A stretch of DNA of 64,000 bases from Candidatus Thorarchaeota archaeon (GCA_016933575.1 JAFGAR010000081.1:160001-224000), one strand, 5' to 3'. Shown: positions 19,894 to 30,092, numbered from the stretch's first letter. Notes: generated from the sequence alone by a model not told the origin. Numbers and translations are program-made.

Positions 19894-19971
19894 ACACCAT
19901 TCTATTCTATTTAATGGGACGCTCTTTTCTTCTCTTTTAAGGAAAGCGGTGAGTCGGTTTCTCTTTCTGAA

Positions 19972-20538
19972 TTATTGAGCGGTCATGACCTGAGTGCCCA
20001 TGATACGCTGAAGAATACTTGAGAGTCCTAGACCTACAAGGAAGTAGAATGCATAATATGTCAGTCCAAAACCGGCTGCTGTTCCGATTCCTGCCAGTCC
20101 CTCAAAGAAGGGTAGTACTTTCTGAATGTTGAAAGGTAGGACCGCGACTATCATATCTATACCCCCTTCAGTATAGAAACCTCTTAGAATCGTGAATATC
20201 AGCATGAATGGGATGAGGAATATCAGAGATGGTTTGCAACGGGCACCAAGTTGTTCTCTCTGTATTCGATCTATGTATGCCTTTCTTCTCTTCACTTTCT
20301 TGAGTAATTTCTCATTCTGCGTTCGTCGAGCCTCTTTCTCCATCTCTTGGTACTGCTTGATCTCTGTCTGATGGCGCTGCAATCGTCTCATATCTGTGAA
20401 TCGTCGCATAGCAAGGTTACTCAATGTCGATACGAACATAGAGATCATTAAGATGAATGGTCCTGACAATGGTGGGGTTCGAAATATCTGAAAGGTCGTT
20501 GCGAACCAGATTGCAAAGTCAGTGAAGAGATCCTGCAA
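19972..20538 (-). CDS. EMC3/TMCO1 (DUF106, Oxa1 superfamily) membrane insertase
   Basis: TM - coiled coil - TM - TM topology; conserved position between adk and eL34. Confidence 0.88.
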   Translation of the reverse strand: MQDLFTDFAIWFATTFQIFRTPPLSGPFILMISMFVSTLSNLAMRRFTDMRRLQRHQTEIKQYQEMEKEARRTQNEKLLKKVKRRKAYIDRIQREQLGARCKPSLIFLIPFMLIFTILRGFYTEGGIDMIVAVLPFNIQKVLPFFEGLAGIGTAAGFGLTYYAFYFLVGLGLSSILQRIMGTQVMTAQ

Positions 20539-20545
20539 TAGTATT

Positions 20546-21136
20546 CTACTCCATTATTGTTTCAGCCAATTCTTTAGCAGCTTCCTCTACTTTACCTTCT
20601 CGGTTTTTAATGATTCGAACCGTTGAGCCTGTAATTGTTCCCACTGACACTGCAGCACCTCTACACATCTCTTGATGAATCTGTATATCCGTGACTGCCT
20701 GTGCATCGCGAGTTCGAGTTTCATCACTACTTCTTCTACTGGCAATCTTATCAGAATCTGCTTCTACAAGCACAACCGTCTTTGGTTGAATTGCTCTCAC
20801 TACCCACTCGGGGAGTCCAATCAAGTACCCATTGTTTGTTTGAATAAGTGTGTGCGTATCTACAATCACCTTTGCAGATTTGGCCTTCTCAGCAATAGCC
20901 TCTCCTGCAAGTTTCTGATTTGCTCTTTGCTGCGCGGTAGGCATCTTCCGCATCTCATCACGGTCCTTGACTTGGCCTGCTTTCACTGCGACTTCAAACA
21001 TCTCAGTTCCAAAATTCAATACTAGGACGTCTTCGCCATATTTCTCTTTGACGATGTCCACTGCGGTGTTGATCACAGTGGTCTTTCCAACACCTGGGAT
21101 ACCTGTTACAATCACAATGTTTCTAGACTCGCTCAT
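20546..21136 (-). CDS. adkA: Adenylate kinase (archaeal type)
   Basis: TGIPGVGKTT, NFG, RDEMRK, VDTH..GYLIGLP. Confidence 0.95.
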   Translation of the reverse strand: MSESRNIVIVTGIPGVGKTTVINTAVDIVKEKYGEDVLVLNFGTEMFEVAVKAGQVKDRDEMRKMPTAQQRANQKLAGEAIAEKAKSAKVIVDTHTLIQTNNGYLIGLPEWVVRAIQPKTVVLVEADSDKIASRRSSDETRTRDAQAVTDIQIHQEMCRGAAVSVGTITGSTVRIIKNREGKVEEAAKELAETIME

Positions 21137-21211
21137 CGGGGCTGTTCACCTTTTCGATGATTTGGCCTCACGGTCAAATGAGGTGGTTATAATTCCTTCT
21201 GTGCATGAAAA

Positions 21212-22198
21212 TCAACCAAGTTCTGCGAATCGTTTTAGCATTCGACAGATTATGAGAGCAATCCAGAGGTTGTATTCTTTATCCCCACCACCCCTTAACA
21301 TATGTACGGTCCAACTTCCATCATTCTTCTGTTCTTTTGCAAACCACGCAATCCCCTCATCAATACCAGGATACTCGGGAGGAACTCGCAATTTCGAGAG
21401 AGAGTCCAAGGTTGAGAGAATATCTGTGAACCAGAATGGAAATGTTACGCTTGTCCAATACTCTGGAGCTCTTCTGTCAGTATAGCTATCCGTTTTGAAT
21501 ATTCGAGATGCTAGGAGCTCACCTGCGCGAAGAACGTTCTGGTTCATGATATATTCTGGATGAGCTGCAAATGCTCGAAGTACGACTCCAGTGGCTAAAT
21601 GTGATGATGCTCTCTCCCTTCGCGGTTGTACCGGTTCTCTCAATTGCTTTACCTCTCCCCATCTCAGGTGTTCGGTTCTCAGAGGTACTACCCACCCGCC
21701 ATCATCTTGGCGCAGGGAGAGTAACCATTCAAGACCCCGCTTCACGTGGGGGTCTTTAGTGTATCCTGCTTTAATCAGTATCTCCAGAAAAGCAGCAGTA
21801 TAGTTCGGGCTATATTGGTCGAGATAGATTCCTCTGAAATCCCCCTCCTCTGTCTGGTGACTGAAGAGGAACTCTGCGGCTCTTTGAACTGAAGGATGGT
21901 CCTTGTTCAAGAGGTACTTCTCAACAAGCAGACCCAGTTGTCTAAAGGTCTCCAACTGGCTGTATCCTGATATCTCGCGGGGATCTGTCTTCTTCTTTGG
22001 ATACTTCCATGATCCATCTTCTTGTTGTTTTTTTAAAATATTGAGAACTGGAGTCAATTTCCATAGTTCGGTCACTGGACCCATGGTCTCTCCCATTAGA
22101 TCTCGAGAAACCTGATATATTATGGCTCGATTGGAAACTGAATAGAATTGTTGTAGTGGATTGTATTTCAGAAATCGTTCCCAGTTCACATGTATCAA
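21212..22198 (-). CDS. Prenyltransferase/squalene-cyclase-like (QW repeat) alpha/alpha barrel protein
   Basis: Four QW-type motifs: QQEDGSW, QTEEGDF, QDDGGW, QKNDGSW. Confidence 0.8.
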   Translation of the reverse strand: MIHVNWERFLKYNPLQQFYSVSNRAIIYQVSRDLMGETMGPVTELWKLTPVLNILKKQQEDGSWKYPKKKTDPREISGYSQLETFRQLGLLVEKYLLNKDHPSVQRAAEFLFSHQTEEGDFRGIYLDQYSPNYTAAFLEILIKAGYTKDPHVKRGLEWLLSLRQDDGGWVVPLRTEHLRWGEVKQLREPVQPRRERASSHLATGVVLRAFAAHPEYIMNQNVLRAGELLASRIFKTDSYTDRRAPEYWTSVTFPFWFTDILSTLDSLSKLRVPPEYPGIDEGIAWFAKEQKNDGSWTVHMLRGGGDKEYNLWIALIICRMLKRFAELG

Positions 22199-22413
22199 CC
22201 TCCCTCAGTATATAGTGGCTAGATGGACTATGTCCTAATGAACTCTACACCTCATTGTTTAGATGAGAACAAAGAAGGGGCCTGGAGCGGTTACAGAGAC
22301 CCCCTTGAACCTATGAAATATGCAATAGCTTTACTAAAAGAGCATAAAAAGACTGGATCTGGTTCTCGATACATAATTTGGATACATTCAAATGATGTCA
22401 TACATTTAGAGAG

Positions 22414-22992
22414 ATGTGGGAGAGGATAATGGGTCTCGAAGTCTTACTTATTGGAACCGTCCTGTTTGTTGCATCAATAATGCTGTTTCTGGTACTACAT
22501 CATGATGTAAGTGCACATCTTGAGAATGAAAAACCATTCTATTTCATGATGCATCCAAAATTATTCCAGATGATTTTTTACATGATGTTCTGGGCATTTC
22601 CAATTAATCTCGGGATTGTTGTTCTATTGTATACAGAATCGATAAGTATACATGAGGCAGGAGGAATAATTACATTCATTTTTTTAATGTGGCCAACATT
22701 CACATATTTCTTCTATAGGAGTCTTAGAGGATTATCATTGAAACTTGGGTTGGTTACTGGACCAAGTATAGAGTCTGATCCTGTTCTTATTGCAAAACTC
22801 AAAATGACTGGATGGATTGGTTCTCTCTTCTCATTTGTTGCCCTATTATTCATCAAGTTATCGGAAACTGAAACAATATTGGAAGTACCATTATTATTCT
22901 TCTCTTTTTTTGGCGTTCCCCTTCTTCTGCCATCTAGGAAATCGCTAGCTATCATTCGTGGAAACCAATTGGAAAAAAATACTAAGAGCTGA
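22414..22992 (+). CDS. Hypothetical multi-pass membrane protein
   Basis: About five hydrophobic helices; AT-rich; opposite strand to the operon. Confidence 0.6.
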   Translation: MWERIMGLEVLLIGTVLFVASIMLFLVLHHDVSAHLENEKPFYFMMHPKLFQMIFYMMFWAFPINLGIVVLLYTESISIHEAGGIITFIFLMWPTFTYFFYRSLRGLSLKLGLVTGPSIESDPVLIAKLKMTGWIGSLFSFVALLFIKLSETETILEVPLLFFSFFGVPLLLPSRKSLAIIRGNQLEKNTKS

Positions 22993-23018
22993 ACTGTGCA
23001 ATTTAAAGAGTAAGAAAG

Positions 23019-23052
23019 AGAGGTGGATGGAGGTTATCCCCATCCACTTTTC
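23019..23052 (-). terminator. Hairpin terminator downstream of secY
   Basis: GTGGATGG/CCATCCAC stem followed on the minus strand by a pyrimidine tract CTCTCTTTCTTACTCTTT. Confidence 0.6.
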
Positions 23053-23064
23053 GATAGAATCGTA

Positions 23065-24582
23065 TCATAGAATGCCTAAGAGCCCAGCTACACCTTCTCC
23101 GCCCATCTCCGAGAGTTGCGCCTTTGCGATCTGCTCGTAGTACTGCTTTATAATCGACACCATCAGCAGTATACCAGTTCCACTAGCCAAGGCTCCCATG
23201 ATATCTGCGGTTGCAGCAAGGATACCAATGAGGAAACCGCCAAGTCCTGCGACCACTGGGATGTAGCGCTCAAGGAGTCGTTCCATTACCTTCTCGCTTG
23301 TTCTAAAGCCGGGTACCATGTATCCAGAGTTTAGAAGTTGTCTTGATACATCTCGAGGAGCGATTCCACTGATATCTACCCACACCTTTGAAAAGCCCCA
23401 ACAGAGCAGGATCATTACACCCGCATATACGAAGATATGAAGCCAGCCTTCAATACCCTCATTTAGTATATGAAAGAGTCCTTGTGGCGGCGTTATGTAC
23501 TTCGCTAAGCCCCAAGTTGCGATAAGACGACCACTACTCGGATCTTTTTCGAATATCCCAATCCATCCGAGAAACGGATTAGACCCGTCAGAATTGAATG
23601 AGCCCCAGATCATCTGTCCAAAGAAGAGAATGTTTGCAAAGAGTGCTTGGGCTAGAATGACTGGAATATTCGAGGTGTAGAGAAGCTTGATTGGATAACG
23701 TGCCTTCATTCCACGATATTTCGCGTATTGCAAGGGTATCTCGACACGTACAGACTCCAACCATATGACAGCACCAAATATGACGAATGTTATAGTCAGG
23801 GTGAAGAGACTTGGTGTACTATACGCAGGGTCTCGGATGACCAACCACATTGCATCCACAGCATTTGCATTACCTAGACCAAATGCTCTCATGATATTTG
23901 ATAGGATTGCTGCAATGATTCCATTGGGTAGACCAGTCGCATCAGTTCCATCGGGTCCAATGTAGCCAAAGGGCCCTGTCGATTCGACCTGGGTGAAGTC
24001 TAACATGTTCCAGAGAACCTGGCCTGCAACATTGGTCATGATGAACAATGACACACCAGAACCTAAGCCCCACCCCTTCTGTACGAGTTCGTCCATCAGG
24101 ATTACAACGACTCCTGATATGAAGAGCTGAGCGAATACAATGATCTGATTTGTTGGTGTCAATGCACCATATGCTTGTCCAATAATGTAAGCGATGGCCT
24201 GGAAAGCAGTCATGAACAGAGCTAAGACTTTCTGACCTCCGGTGAAGAGAGCTCTGTCTTCAGGGTCTCCAAAGTCCACATTGATGATCTTTGAGCCTGA
24301 TAGGAGTTGCATGACCAGACCTGCAGTGACGATTGGCCCAATTCCTAGCTCCATCAATGTGCCTCTTGTACTGGCGAGAATAACTCGCATTGCCCATAGA
24401 TAGTCTGTTCCTACATCTGGGTCAACACCATATAATGGCAGGTGTGACATGATGAGGAAGACAACGAGCACAATAAGAGTCCATACGATCTTCTCTCGAA
24501 ATGAGACCTCTCTGTCAGGTGCCTTTACTTCAGGCATTACCCTGACAAATGGTGATAGGATTTTGAGAAATGTGCTAGGCAT
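23065..24582 (-). CDS. secY: Preprotein translocase SecY/Sec61alpha
   Basis: GTLMELGIGPIVT, KGWGLGSGVSLFI, YPIKLLYTSNIP, PGFR, GTGILL. Confidence 0.98.
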   Translation of the reverse strand: MPSTFLKILSPFVRVMPEVKAPDREVSFREKIVWTLIVLVVFLIMSHLPLYGVDPDVGTDYLWAMRVILASTRGTLMELGIGPIVTAGLVMQLLSGSKIINVDFGDPEDRALFTGGQKVLALFMTAFQAIAYIIGQAYGALTPTNQIIVFAQLFISGVVVILMDELVQKGWGLGSGVSLFIMTNVAGQVLWNMLDFTQVESTGPFGYIGPDGTDATGLPNGIIAAILSNIMRAFGLGNANAVDAMWLVIRDPAYSTPSLFTLTITFVIFGAVIWLESVRVEIPLQYAKYRGMKARYPIKLLYTSNIPVILAQALFANILFFGQMIWGSFNSDGSNPFLGWIGIFEKDPSSGRLIATWGLAKYITPPQGLFHILNEGIEGWLHIFVYAGVMILLCWGFSKVWVDISGIAPRDVSRQLLNSGYMVPGFRTSEKVMERLLERYIPVVAGLGGFLIGILAATADIMGALASGTGILLMVSIIKQYYEQIAKAQLSEMGGEGVAGLLGIL

Positions 24583-24663
24583 TCACATAGTGCCTCCTGC
24601 AGGTACTTTTCGGGTCCAGCTGACCTGTACCTTTAAAGCTATTGCTCAGTAGGGAATTGTACT

Positions 24664-25113
24664 CTACTCAGCTGGTAGGTCAATGGTTCCGCCTATACCG
24701 GTGACCTTCTCTCTTGCCCTGTTGGTAATGGCCTGAACACCAGTCAAGTCAAGCTTCTTGAGGACTTTGCCAGACCCCAGAATTCTGTCAATCCCCAGCT
24801 TGGATACATCAATCTTGTATCTCTTGCCTGTCATGGTAGCAAGACCATTTGCTACAAGTCTATCTGCAGCCTCATCAATTTCACCAACATTCAGAGCCAC
24901 TTTATTTTCGATGACCTTCTGAGGTCGTTTGAAACCCCACTTACCGAAATAATGGGGATTCTCAGTCATGACCTTGATGTAATGATGTTTCTTTGTACCG
25001 GCCATTCCTTTTCCACCGCGTTGGCCTGCTGCTCTATGTCCCTTTGTAAATCCATATCCGGCTGATCTTTGGCCTCTTAGTTTGTTGATCTTTTTCGGGG
25101 TTCTCTTCTGCAT
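24664..25113 (-). CDS. rpl15: 50S ribosomal protein uL15
   Basis: RGQRSAGYG..GQRGGKGMAG..FGKWGF. Confidence 0.95.
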   Translation of the reverse strand: MQKRTPKKINKLRGQRSAGYGFTKGHRAAGQRGGKGMAGTKKHHYIKVMTENPHYFGKWGFKRPQKVIENKVALNVGEIDEAADRLVANGLATMTGKRYKIDVSKLGIDRILGSGKVLKKLDLTGVQAITNRAREKVTGIGGTIDLPAE

Positions 25114-25129
25114 GGCTGATTTCTCCTTT

Positions 25130-25657
25130 CTATTCTTTTTTCAATCGTACTTCCAGCACGCCGTTGCGAATTGCTGATTTTGCTTCGTCTTTCTTTACTT
25201 TAGAGGGTAGTTCGATTTCCTTGTGGTAGGGTCTGTCTGGATTATCTGCATGAATTGTTAGTGTCGTTCCTTTGATTCGAACTTTGATCTCATCTCTCTC
25301 AACTCCGGGAACCTCTGCAACGACAACTATCTCACCATCTTCTTCAACAATATCAACCAATGGTTCTAGAAGATGTTCATCACTCTCTCCACTAGGTTTA
25401 TTCCCAAATCTCTTCATTATTGGTTTTCCATCTGGTCCAATGTTCACCGAGAAACCAAATAGGAATGGATTGGTACCTTCTTGATTTCTGAGCATCTCTT
25501 CAAAGACCTCTGGATCAACAAATGACCCATTGCTCATCTCAGACATCATACGCTCCATCATCTCTTCGATTTGTTTGAGCATATCTTCTGGGATGAAATC
25601 GCCGAACCATCGGCGGAGTCTCCTTTTGGCTTCATCGTCATCATAGTCCCAGGACAT
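25130..25657 (-). CDS. Small heat shock protein Hsp20
   Basis: FGFSVNIGPDGKP, EPLVDIVEE, VVAEVPGV, AIRNGVLEV alpha-crystallin domain. Confidence 0.95.
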   Translation of the reverse strand: MSWDYDDDEAKRRLRRWFGDFIPEDMLKQIEEMMERMMSEMSNGSFVDPEVFEEMLRNQEGTNPFLFGFSVNIGPDGKPIMKRFGNKPSGESDEHLLEPLVDIVEEDGEIVVVAEVPGVERDEIKVRIKGTTLTIHADNPDRPYHKEIELPSKVKKDEAKSAIRNGVLEVRLKKE

Positions 25658-25666
25658 AGTATCACC

Positions 25667-26149
25667 TTATATCATTCTTAGTGCAAGGTCGCTTATACTT
25701 TCACCTCTGTAACCAGTAATGCCGCCCATACCCACTCCCATGGTTTTCTTACCATCATATCCTTTCTTGGGAGGAGTGAGTCGAAAGACTGGTTTCAGAC
25801 CTTCAACATCATTGACAGAGGCTTTTCCTGAAGCGATTGCTTTGGCTAGTGCCTTTATGCTAGCATAACTTGAGTTCTTCTTCACATATGCATCAGTGAG
25901 TCGAGCATTTCCTGGCAATCGGCCTCTCTTTGTGAGAAGTCTCTCAATGAACTCTTCGGAGACCTCACCCCAGGTGATGTAGTCCTTCACCTTAGTGATC
26001 ATTCCCTCCAAGCTTGGTGTCATCTTGAAGAGTCTTGCCTGATGAAGTCGTCCCAATAGGAGTTTGTCTAATGAGTCCTCTATCTGAGGTCGTACACGTA
26101 CTTGTCCTCTGATTCTAATAGCAAGTACAACCTTTTCATCTTCACTCAT
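25667..26149 (-). CDS. rpl30: 50S ribosomal protein uL30
   Basis: AIRIRG, KVKDYITWGE, KPVFRLTPPKKG, GYRG. Confidence 0.95.
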   Translation of the reverse strand: MSEDEKVVLAIRIRGQVRVRPQIEDSLDKLLLGRLHQARLFKMTPSLEGMITKVKDYITWGEVSEEFIERLLTKRGRLPGNARLTDAYVKKNSSYASIKALAKAIASGKASVNDVEGLKPVFRLTPPKKGYDGKKTMGVGMGGITGYRGESISDLALRMI

Positions 26150-26826
26150 TATTCAGTTCCTCCTGACGATATCCATTCTTGTGGTGGTAGCATTCTATAT
26201 GTCTGTGTGAGGGCTTTAACGAATGCTTTTGCAAAGTTAGATGATGTCCTTGAACGGCCTTTTGTAATCGACCAGACGTCATTTAGACCTGCAATCCTAA
26301 GCACAATTTTACCGACATCTGCTGTAACAAGACCTGTTCCTTTTGGTGCTGGTCTAAGAGTGACACTTACTGATCCTGCTTCTCCCTTCACTTCGAATGG
26401 GATACTATGAGGATCATGGCATCGACACTCCCATGAGCCGCAACCTCTTCTGAACATAGTAATGTTAAGTTTAGCTCGAGACTCGGCTGCTCTGACTGCT
26501 GGAACAAATTCAGGTGCTTTTCCCACCCCAATACCAAGGACACCTTCACCGTTTCCAACAACAACAGTGATTCTAAAGCTCTTTTGCTGACCACTGTCAG
26601 ACTGACGTTGTACCATGCTAACATCTACAACTTCCTGTCTGAGTTCTGGAAATAGGGCATCTACAATCTCAGGCTCTCTGATTCTATAGTTATTACTCAA
26701 GATTTCCTCAATACTGTTGATGTGACCATCTTTGACCAGTCTTCCTAACTTGGTCTTTGGAATCCACTCATCCAGTGGGTTGATTTCTGCTCGAGGTGCT
26801 CTTCGCCTTCTCTGTTTACTCATCAT
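26149..26826 (-). CDS. rps5: 30S ribosomal protein uS5
   Basis: WIPKTKLGRLV, RRGCGSWEC, PAPKGTGLV. Confidence 0.97.
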   Translation of the reverse strand: MMSKQRRRRAPRAEINPLDEWIPKTKLGRLVKDGHINSIEEILSNNYRIREPEIVDALFPELRQEVVDVSMVQRQSDSGQQKSFRITVVVGNGEGVLGIGVGKAPEFVPAVRAAESRAKLNITMFRRGCGSWECRCHDPHSIPFEVKGEAGSVSVTLRPAPKGTGLVTADVGKIVLRIAGLNDVWSITKGRSRTSSNFAKAFVKALTQTYRMLPPQEWISSGGTE

Positions 26827-26836
26827 TCATCATCCC

Positions 26837-27598
26837 CTATTGCTTGGCCTTTTTGCCCTTCTTACCCTTACCTCGGGCAATAAGCTTCTTCGGTTTGGGT
26901 TTTCTTGGTACAGCACGCGGAGGCTTCGTGGTCGGAATTTCCTTCTTTGCCTTCTTTGCTGGTTTCTCTGCTGCAGCCTTTGTAGGAGCTTTCTTGGTCT
27001 TTTTCTTCTTCAAGTCAGCAGCTGGGATTGCAAGAAGTGTCTTCTTTACAGCTTCAACTTGTTTGGGTATTGTCGTAATTGTTGTCTTCTTCTTTCCGAG
27101 TTTGCTGAACATCAATGATTTGTCTACATTGCTGAAGTGTTCGTATCCAGCAACAATATGCTCTCCTGATATTCTAGAATCATCAGGAAGTATATCGGAA
27201 TTATGAGGAATCTCGAGTCCTGCATCGATAGCTCCTCTCAAGGCAGCATAGATTCTTGAACCTTTGATTGGAGGAATCAATCCAATATCAAGAACAGCTT
27301 CGTTGATTCCGCGGCTCTTAGCTCGTAGTCCTGCCAGCAAGCCTGTTAGATATGCTGCAGGTAAATTGCCTGTTCCTGCACTCCATCCATGAGCTGGAAG
27401 TTCTGTAGCCATTGCTGAAGCAACGGTCATATCTCCCACAACATTGGCATTTATGATCTGGACTATTACGTTTGTGTTAGTTTTTCTCACTACAAGTCGT
27501 GGACGTCTTGACATTAGGAGTCTTCGACGACGATAGTAATTTGTCTTACCTTCGCGACGTCTACGGAACTTAACGCGATATGTTGGTCCCTGTGCCAT
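26837..27598 (-). CDS. rpl18: 50S ribosomal protein uL18 with Lys/Ala/Pro-rich C-terminal tail
   Basis: [35 protein letters not shown]. Confidence 0.97.
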   Translation of the reverse strand: MAQGPTYRVKFRRRREGKTNYYRRRRLLMSRRPRLVVRKTNTNVIVQIINANVVGDMTVASAMATELPAHGWSAGTGNLPAAYLTGLLAGLRAKSRGINEAVLDIGLIPPIKGSRIYAALRGAIDAGLEIPHNSDILPDDSRISGEHIVAGYEHFSNVDKSLMFSKLGKKKTTITTIPKQVEAVKKTLLAIPAADLKKKKTKKAPTKAAAEKPAKKAKKEIPTTKPPRAVPRKPKPKKLIARGKGKKGKKAKQ

Positions 27599-28050
27599 TA
27601 TTTGGACACCTCCAGTTTGCGCTCAGCTATGTGCGTCTTGAGGTGGGCTCTATTTCTGAACGCATTTCCTTTAGCTTTCAGGTACAGCTCTCTGTACACT
27701 CTCGGTGTGATTCTCCCTGCATCACGGAGCGATTTCAGTTCCTTACGCATCGGTCGAATCTTCATCATCCATCGCTCTTTGCCACTAAGTTTGGATGTTG
27801 CTTTACCTTTCTTTCTACCAGGACCTTGTCTCTGACCTTTTCGTTTCTGTTGGAGCACGTATCGAGCTCTGCCTCTACTTACACCAGTAGCAGGTTTCTT
27901 CTGGATAGCTCCTTCATCTATGAGGCGTCTGACATCATTTCTGGTGATTGCTAGGCTAATCTCATCTTCAAAATCGGGATCTAACCAGATCCTTGATGTA
28001 CCGACCTTCATTACTTCGGCTGCTAGTCTTTTCTGAGTGGATAGTTTCAT
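27598..28050 (-). CDS. rpl19e: 50S ribosomal protein eL19
   Basis: [30 protein letters not shown]. Confidence 0.97.
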   Translation of the reverse strand: MKLSTQKRLAAEVMKVGTSRIWLDPDFEDEISLAITRNDVRRLIDEGAIQKKPATGVSRGRARYVLQQKRKGQRQGPGRKKGKATSKLSGKERWMMKIRPMRKELKSLRDAGRITPRVYRELYLKAKGNAFRNRAHLKTHIAERKLEVSK

Positions 28051-28052
28051 TA

Positions 28053-28916
28053 CTAGTCCTCCTCTAAATCAAGGTCCATGAAGAGATCTTCTTCACCAAT
28101 CTCCTCTGTTGTGCCTGGATTCAACACTCGCAGCATCTTTTCATCAGCAACTGCTAGTATCTGCTGTTTCTTCCTATTTCCAACTGTTGTTCCAATGCGT
28201 ATTGCATGGACATCTGGATCAAGGTTCTCAAGATCTGCTGGTCTGTAGACAGGGACTTCAACGAATAATGATGGGTGAAGATGTCGTGTGATCTTAGGAG
28301 TACGATATCCCAAGCTAGCAACAGCAATTCTACCCTTCTTCTTTTGGCGAGTGTAACTGTCAATCCCACGGACCTTGCGCCATCTGTTACTCACACGCTT
28401 CCATCTGTGTGCGTTCTCTGCGCGGAATCTAGGCATGGACTTTTTCTTATCACGTGTGATCCTCACCAATCTCTGGTCAATGTTCAGAAATCTGGGTGGG
28501 GTTTCTCGTTTCTCTTTCTTTGTAACCTTCTTCTTTGGCTTAGCCAATTCGGCTGGAGCCTTCTTTTTAGTTGGCTTTGGTTTGACCTTTTCCTTTTCAG
28601 ATTCGACCTTTGTTTTCTTAGGTTTGACTTCCTTCTTCGGAGCTTCAGCCTTCTTCGGTTTTGCTACCTCCTTTGGAGGTGCAGCTTTCTTAGATTCAGT
28701 GACCTTCTTTGGAGTAGAAGTACTTGATAAGAGTTCTTGGGCGGCTGCAATGAACTCTGCAGCACGATTTTCACTGAGTCCATCGACCTTCTCAGCGAGC
28801 TTGTCTGCTTTTGCCCTTGATAGATTGAGTACAGTCTTAATACCGGCCTCATTTAGCTTCTCTACGAGCTTGCCACCCAATCCACTTATGTCGTGTAATT
28901 CTGGCTTCTTTGACAT
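28053..28916 (-). CDS. rpl32e: 50S ribosomal protein eL32 with N-terminal HhH domain and Lys-rich linker
   Basis: C-terminal WRKVRGIDS, GYRTP..RHLHPS; N-terminal ISGLGGK..KLNEAG..VDGLSE HhH motifs. Confidence 0.93.
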   Translation of the reverse strand: MSKKPELHDISGLGGKLVEKLNEAGIKTVLNLSRAKADKLAEKVDGLSENRAAEFIAAAQELLSSTSTPKKVTESKKAAPPKEVAKPKKAEAPKKEVKPKKTKVESEKEKVKPKPTKKKAPAELAKPKKKVTKKEKRETPPRFLNIDQRLVRITRDKKKSMPRFRAENAHRWKRVSNRWRKVRGIDSYTRQKKKGRIAVASLGYRTPKITRHLHPSLFVEVPVYRPADLENLDPDVHAIRIGTTVGNRKKQQILAVADEKMLRVLNPGTTEEIGEEDLFMDLDLEED

Positions 28917-28927
28917 CTTTCTGTCTC

Positions 28928-29488
28928 CTATACTATCGACTTCACCACGTCGCCCTTGGTCTTCTTAATTACATAGATACCGTCTAGGAAGACTCGGCGG
29001 TCCTTGTCGCGAATTTTGCATGCTTGTTGGATATTAGCAGCACTCTGCGATACATGCTCGATATCTATACCATTAATGAAGATCTCATCTTCTGTAGTAC
29101 GTACCTTCACGTCATCAAAGATGCGTGCTTTCCTAACTCCACGTTCTCCAATGAAGTTCTTGATAATCACCGATGTTTCCTGAACATCAACAGTGATTGG
29201 AAAGTGACTGTAGACTATCTTCATCTCATATTCATAGCCCATTTGAACCCCGATGAGCATATTTCGAACATGAGCGATGACAGTACCGACAAGGGCTCTT
29301 GCACGTTTTCTACTAATCTGAGTCGATACGACTAACTCATTCTCTTTTATTTCAAATGCGGTCTGTGGTTCTGGGAAAGATCTCTTAAGAGTCCCCTTCG
29401 GACCTGTCACTGTGATAGTCTTGTCTTCTAAAGAGACCTGACATTCACTGGGAATCTCAATCGTTTGGTTGTAGACTGCTTCAGACAT
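28928..29488 (-). CDS. rpl6: 50S ribosomal protein uL6
   Basis: GPKG, YSHFPI, NFIGE, DRRVFLDGIYV. Confidence 0.97.
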   Translation of the reverse strand: MSEAVYNQTIEIPSECQVSLEDKTITVTGPKGTLKRSFPEPQTAFEIKENELVVSTQISRKRARALVGTVIAHVRNMLIGVQMGYEYEMKIVYSHFPITVDVQETSVIIKNFIGERGVRKARIFDDVKVRTTEDEIFINGIDIEHVSQSAANIQQACKIRDKDRRVFLDGIYVIKKTKGDVVKSIV

Positions 29489-29501
29489 TTGTCAAATCTC
29501 C

Positions 29502-29894
29502 TTAGTATACATATGCTAACAATCTTCCACCAATGCCTCGTGTCTTGGCATCTTGGTGAGTCATTACACCAGCTGGCGTTGTGACAATCAAGATTCCATA
29601 GTTATAAGCTGGGAGAAACCGCTTCTCATATTGCTCAAAGCCGTCTCTTCTAACTGGGAATCTTGGTTTGATTACGCCGCATTTGTTCGTACGGCCCATG
29701 AGTTGAATTCGAAACCTACCTGCTTTTCCATCATCGATTCGTTCGAACTCACCAATGTATCCTTTTGTTTGCATCACATGCAATACTTTCTCAATTAGAT
29801 TGGATGCTGGTGCAATCACCACTTCGGATTTTCCGACCATCTCACTATTGTAGATGTTCGACATTGCATCAGCCAATGGGTCTAGTAGTGCCAT
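29502..29894 (-). CDS. rps8: 30S ribosomal protein uS8
   Basis: [32 protein letters not shown]. Confidence 0.97.
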   Translation of the reverse strand: MALLDPLADAMSNIYNSEMVGKSEVVIAPASNLIEKVLHVMQTKGYIGEFERIDDGKAGRFRIQLMGRTNKCGVIKPRFPVRRDGFEQYEKRFLPAYNYGILIVTTPAGVMTHQDAKTRGIGGRLLAYVY

Positions 29895-29910
29895 TTTCTC
29901 TTAGACCTCC

Positions 29911-30084
29911 TTACTCATATTTCCGAAATCCGAGCTTATTCGCCGTTTCTCTGAAACAGCGCCGGCACATATACAACCCATATGATCGAATGATTGCTTG
30001 ATGTGTGCCGCAACGGACGCATGTTCTGCTGCCCTTGCCCATTTTCTTTCTCTGTCGTGTCCGGTCTTTCTTTGTACTCATCAT
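29911..30084 (-). CDS. rps14: 30S ribosomal protein uS14 (Zn-binding; not in ORF track)
   Basis: [57 protein letters not shown], between uL5 and uS8. Confidence 0.96.
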   Translation of the reverse strand: MMSTKKDRTRQRKKMGKGSRTCVRCGTHQAIIRSYGLYMCRRCFRETANKLGFRKYE

Positions 30085-30092
30085 TTATCACC

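Noticed and set aside
22223-22429. 68-aa ORF between the two inserted genes
   Set aside because: No motif, no SD; occupies the divergent promoter region
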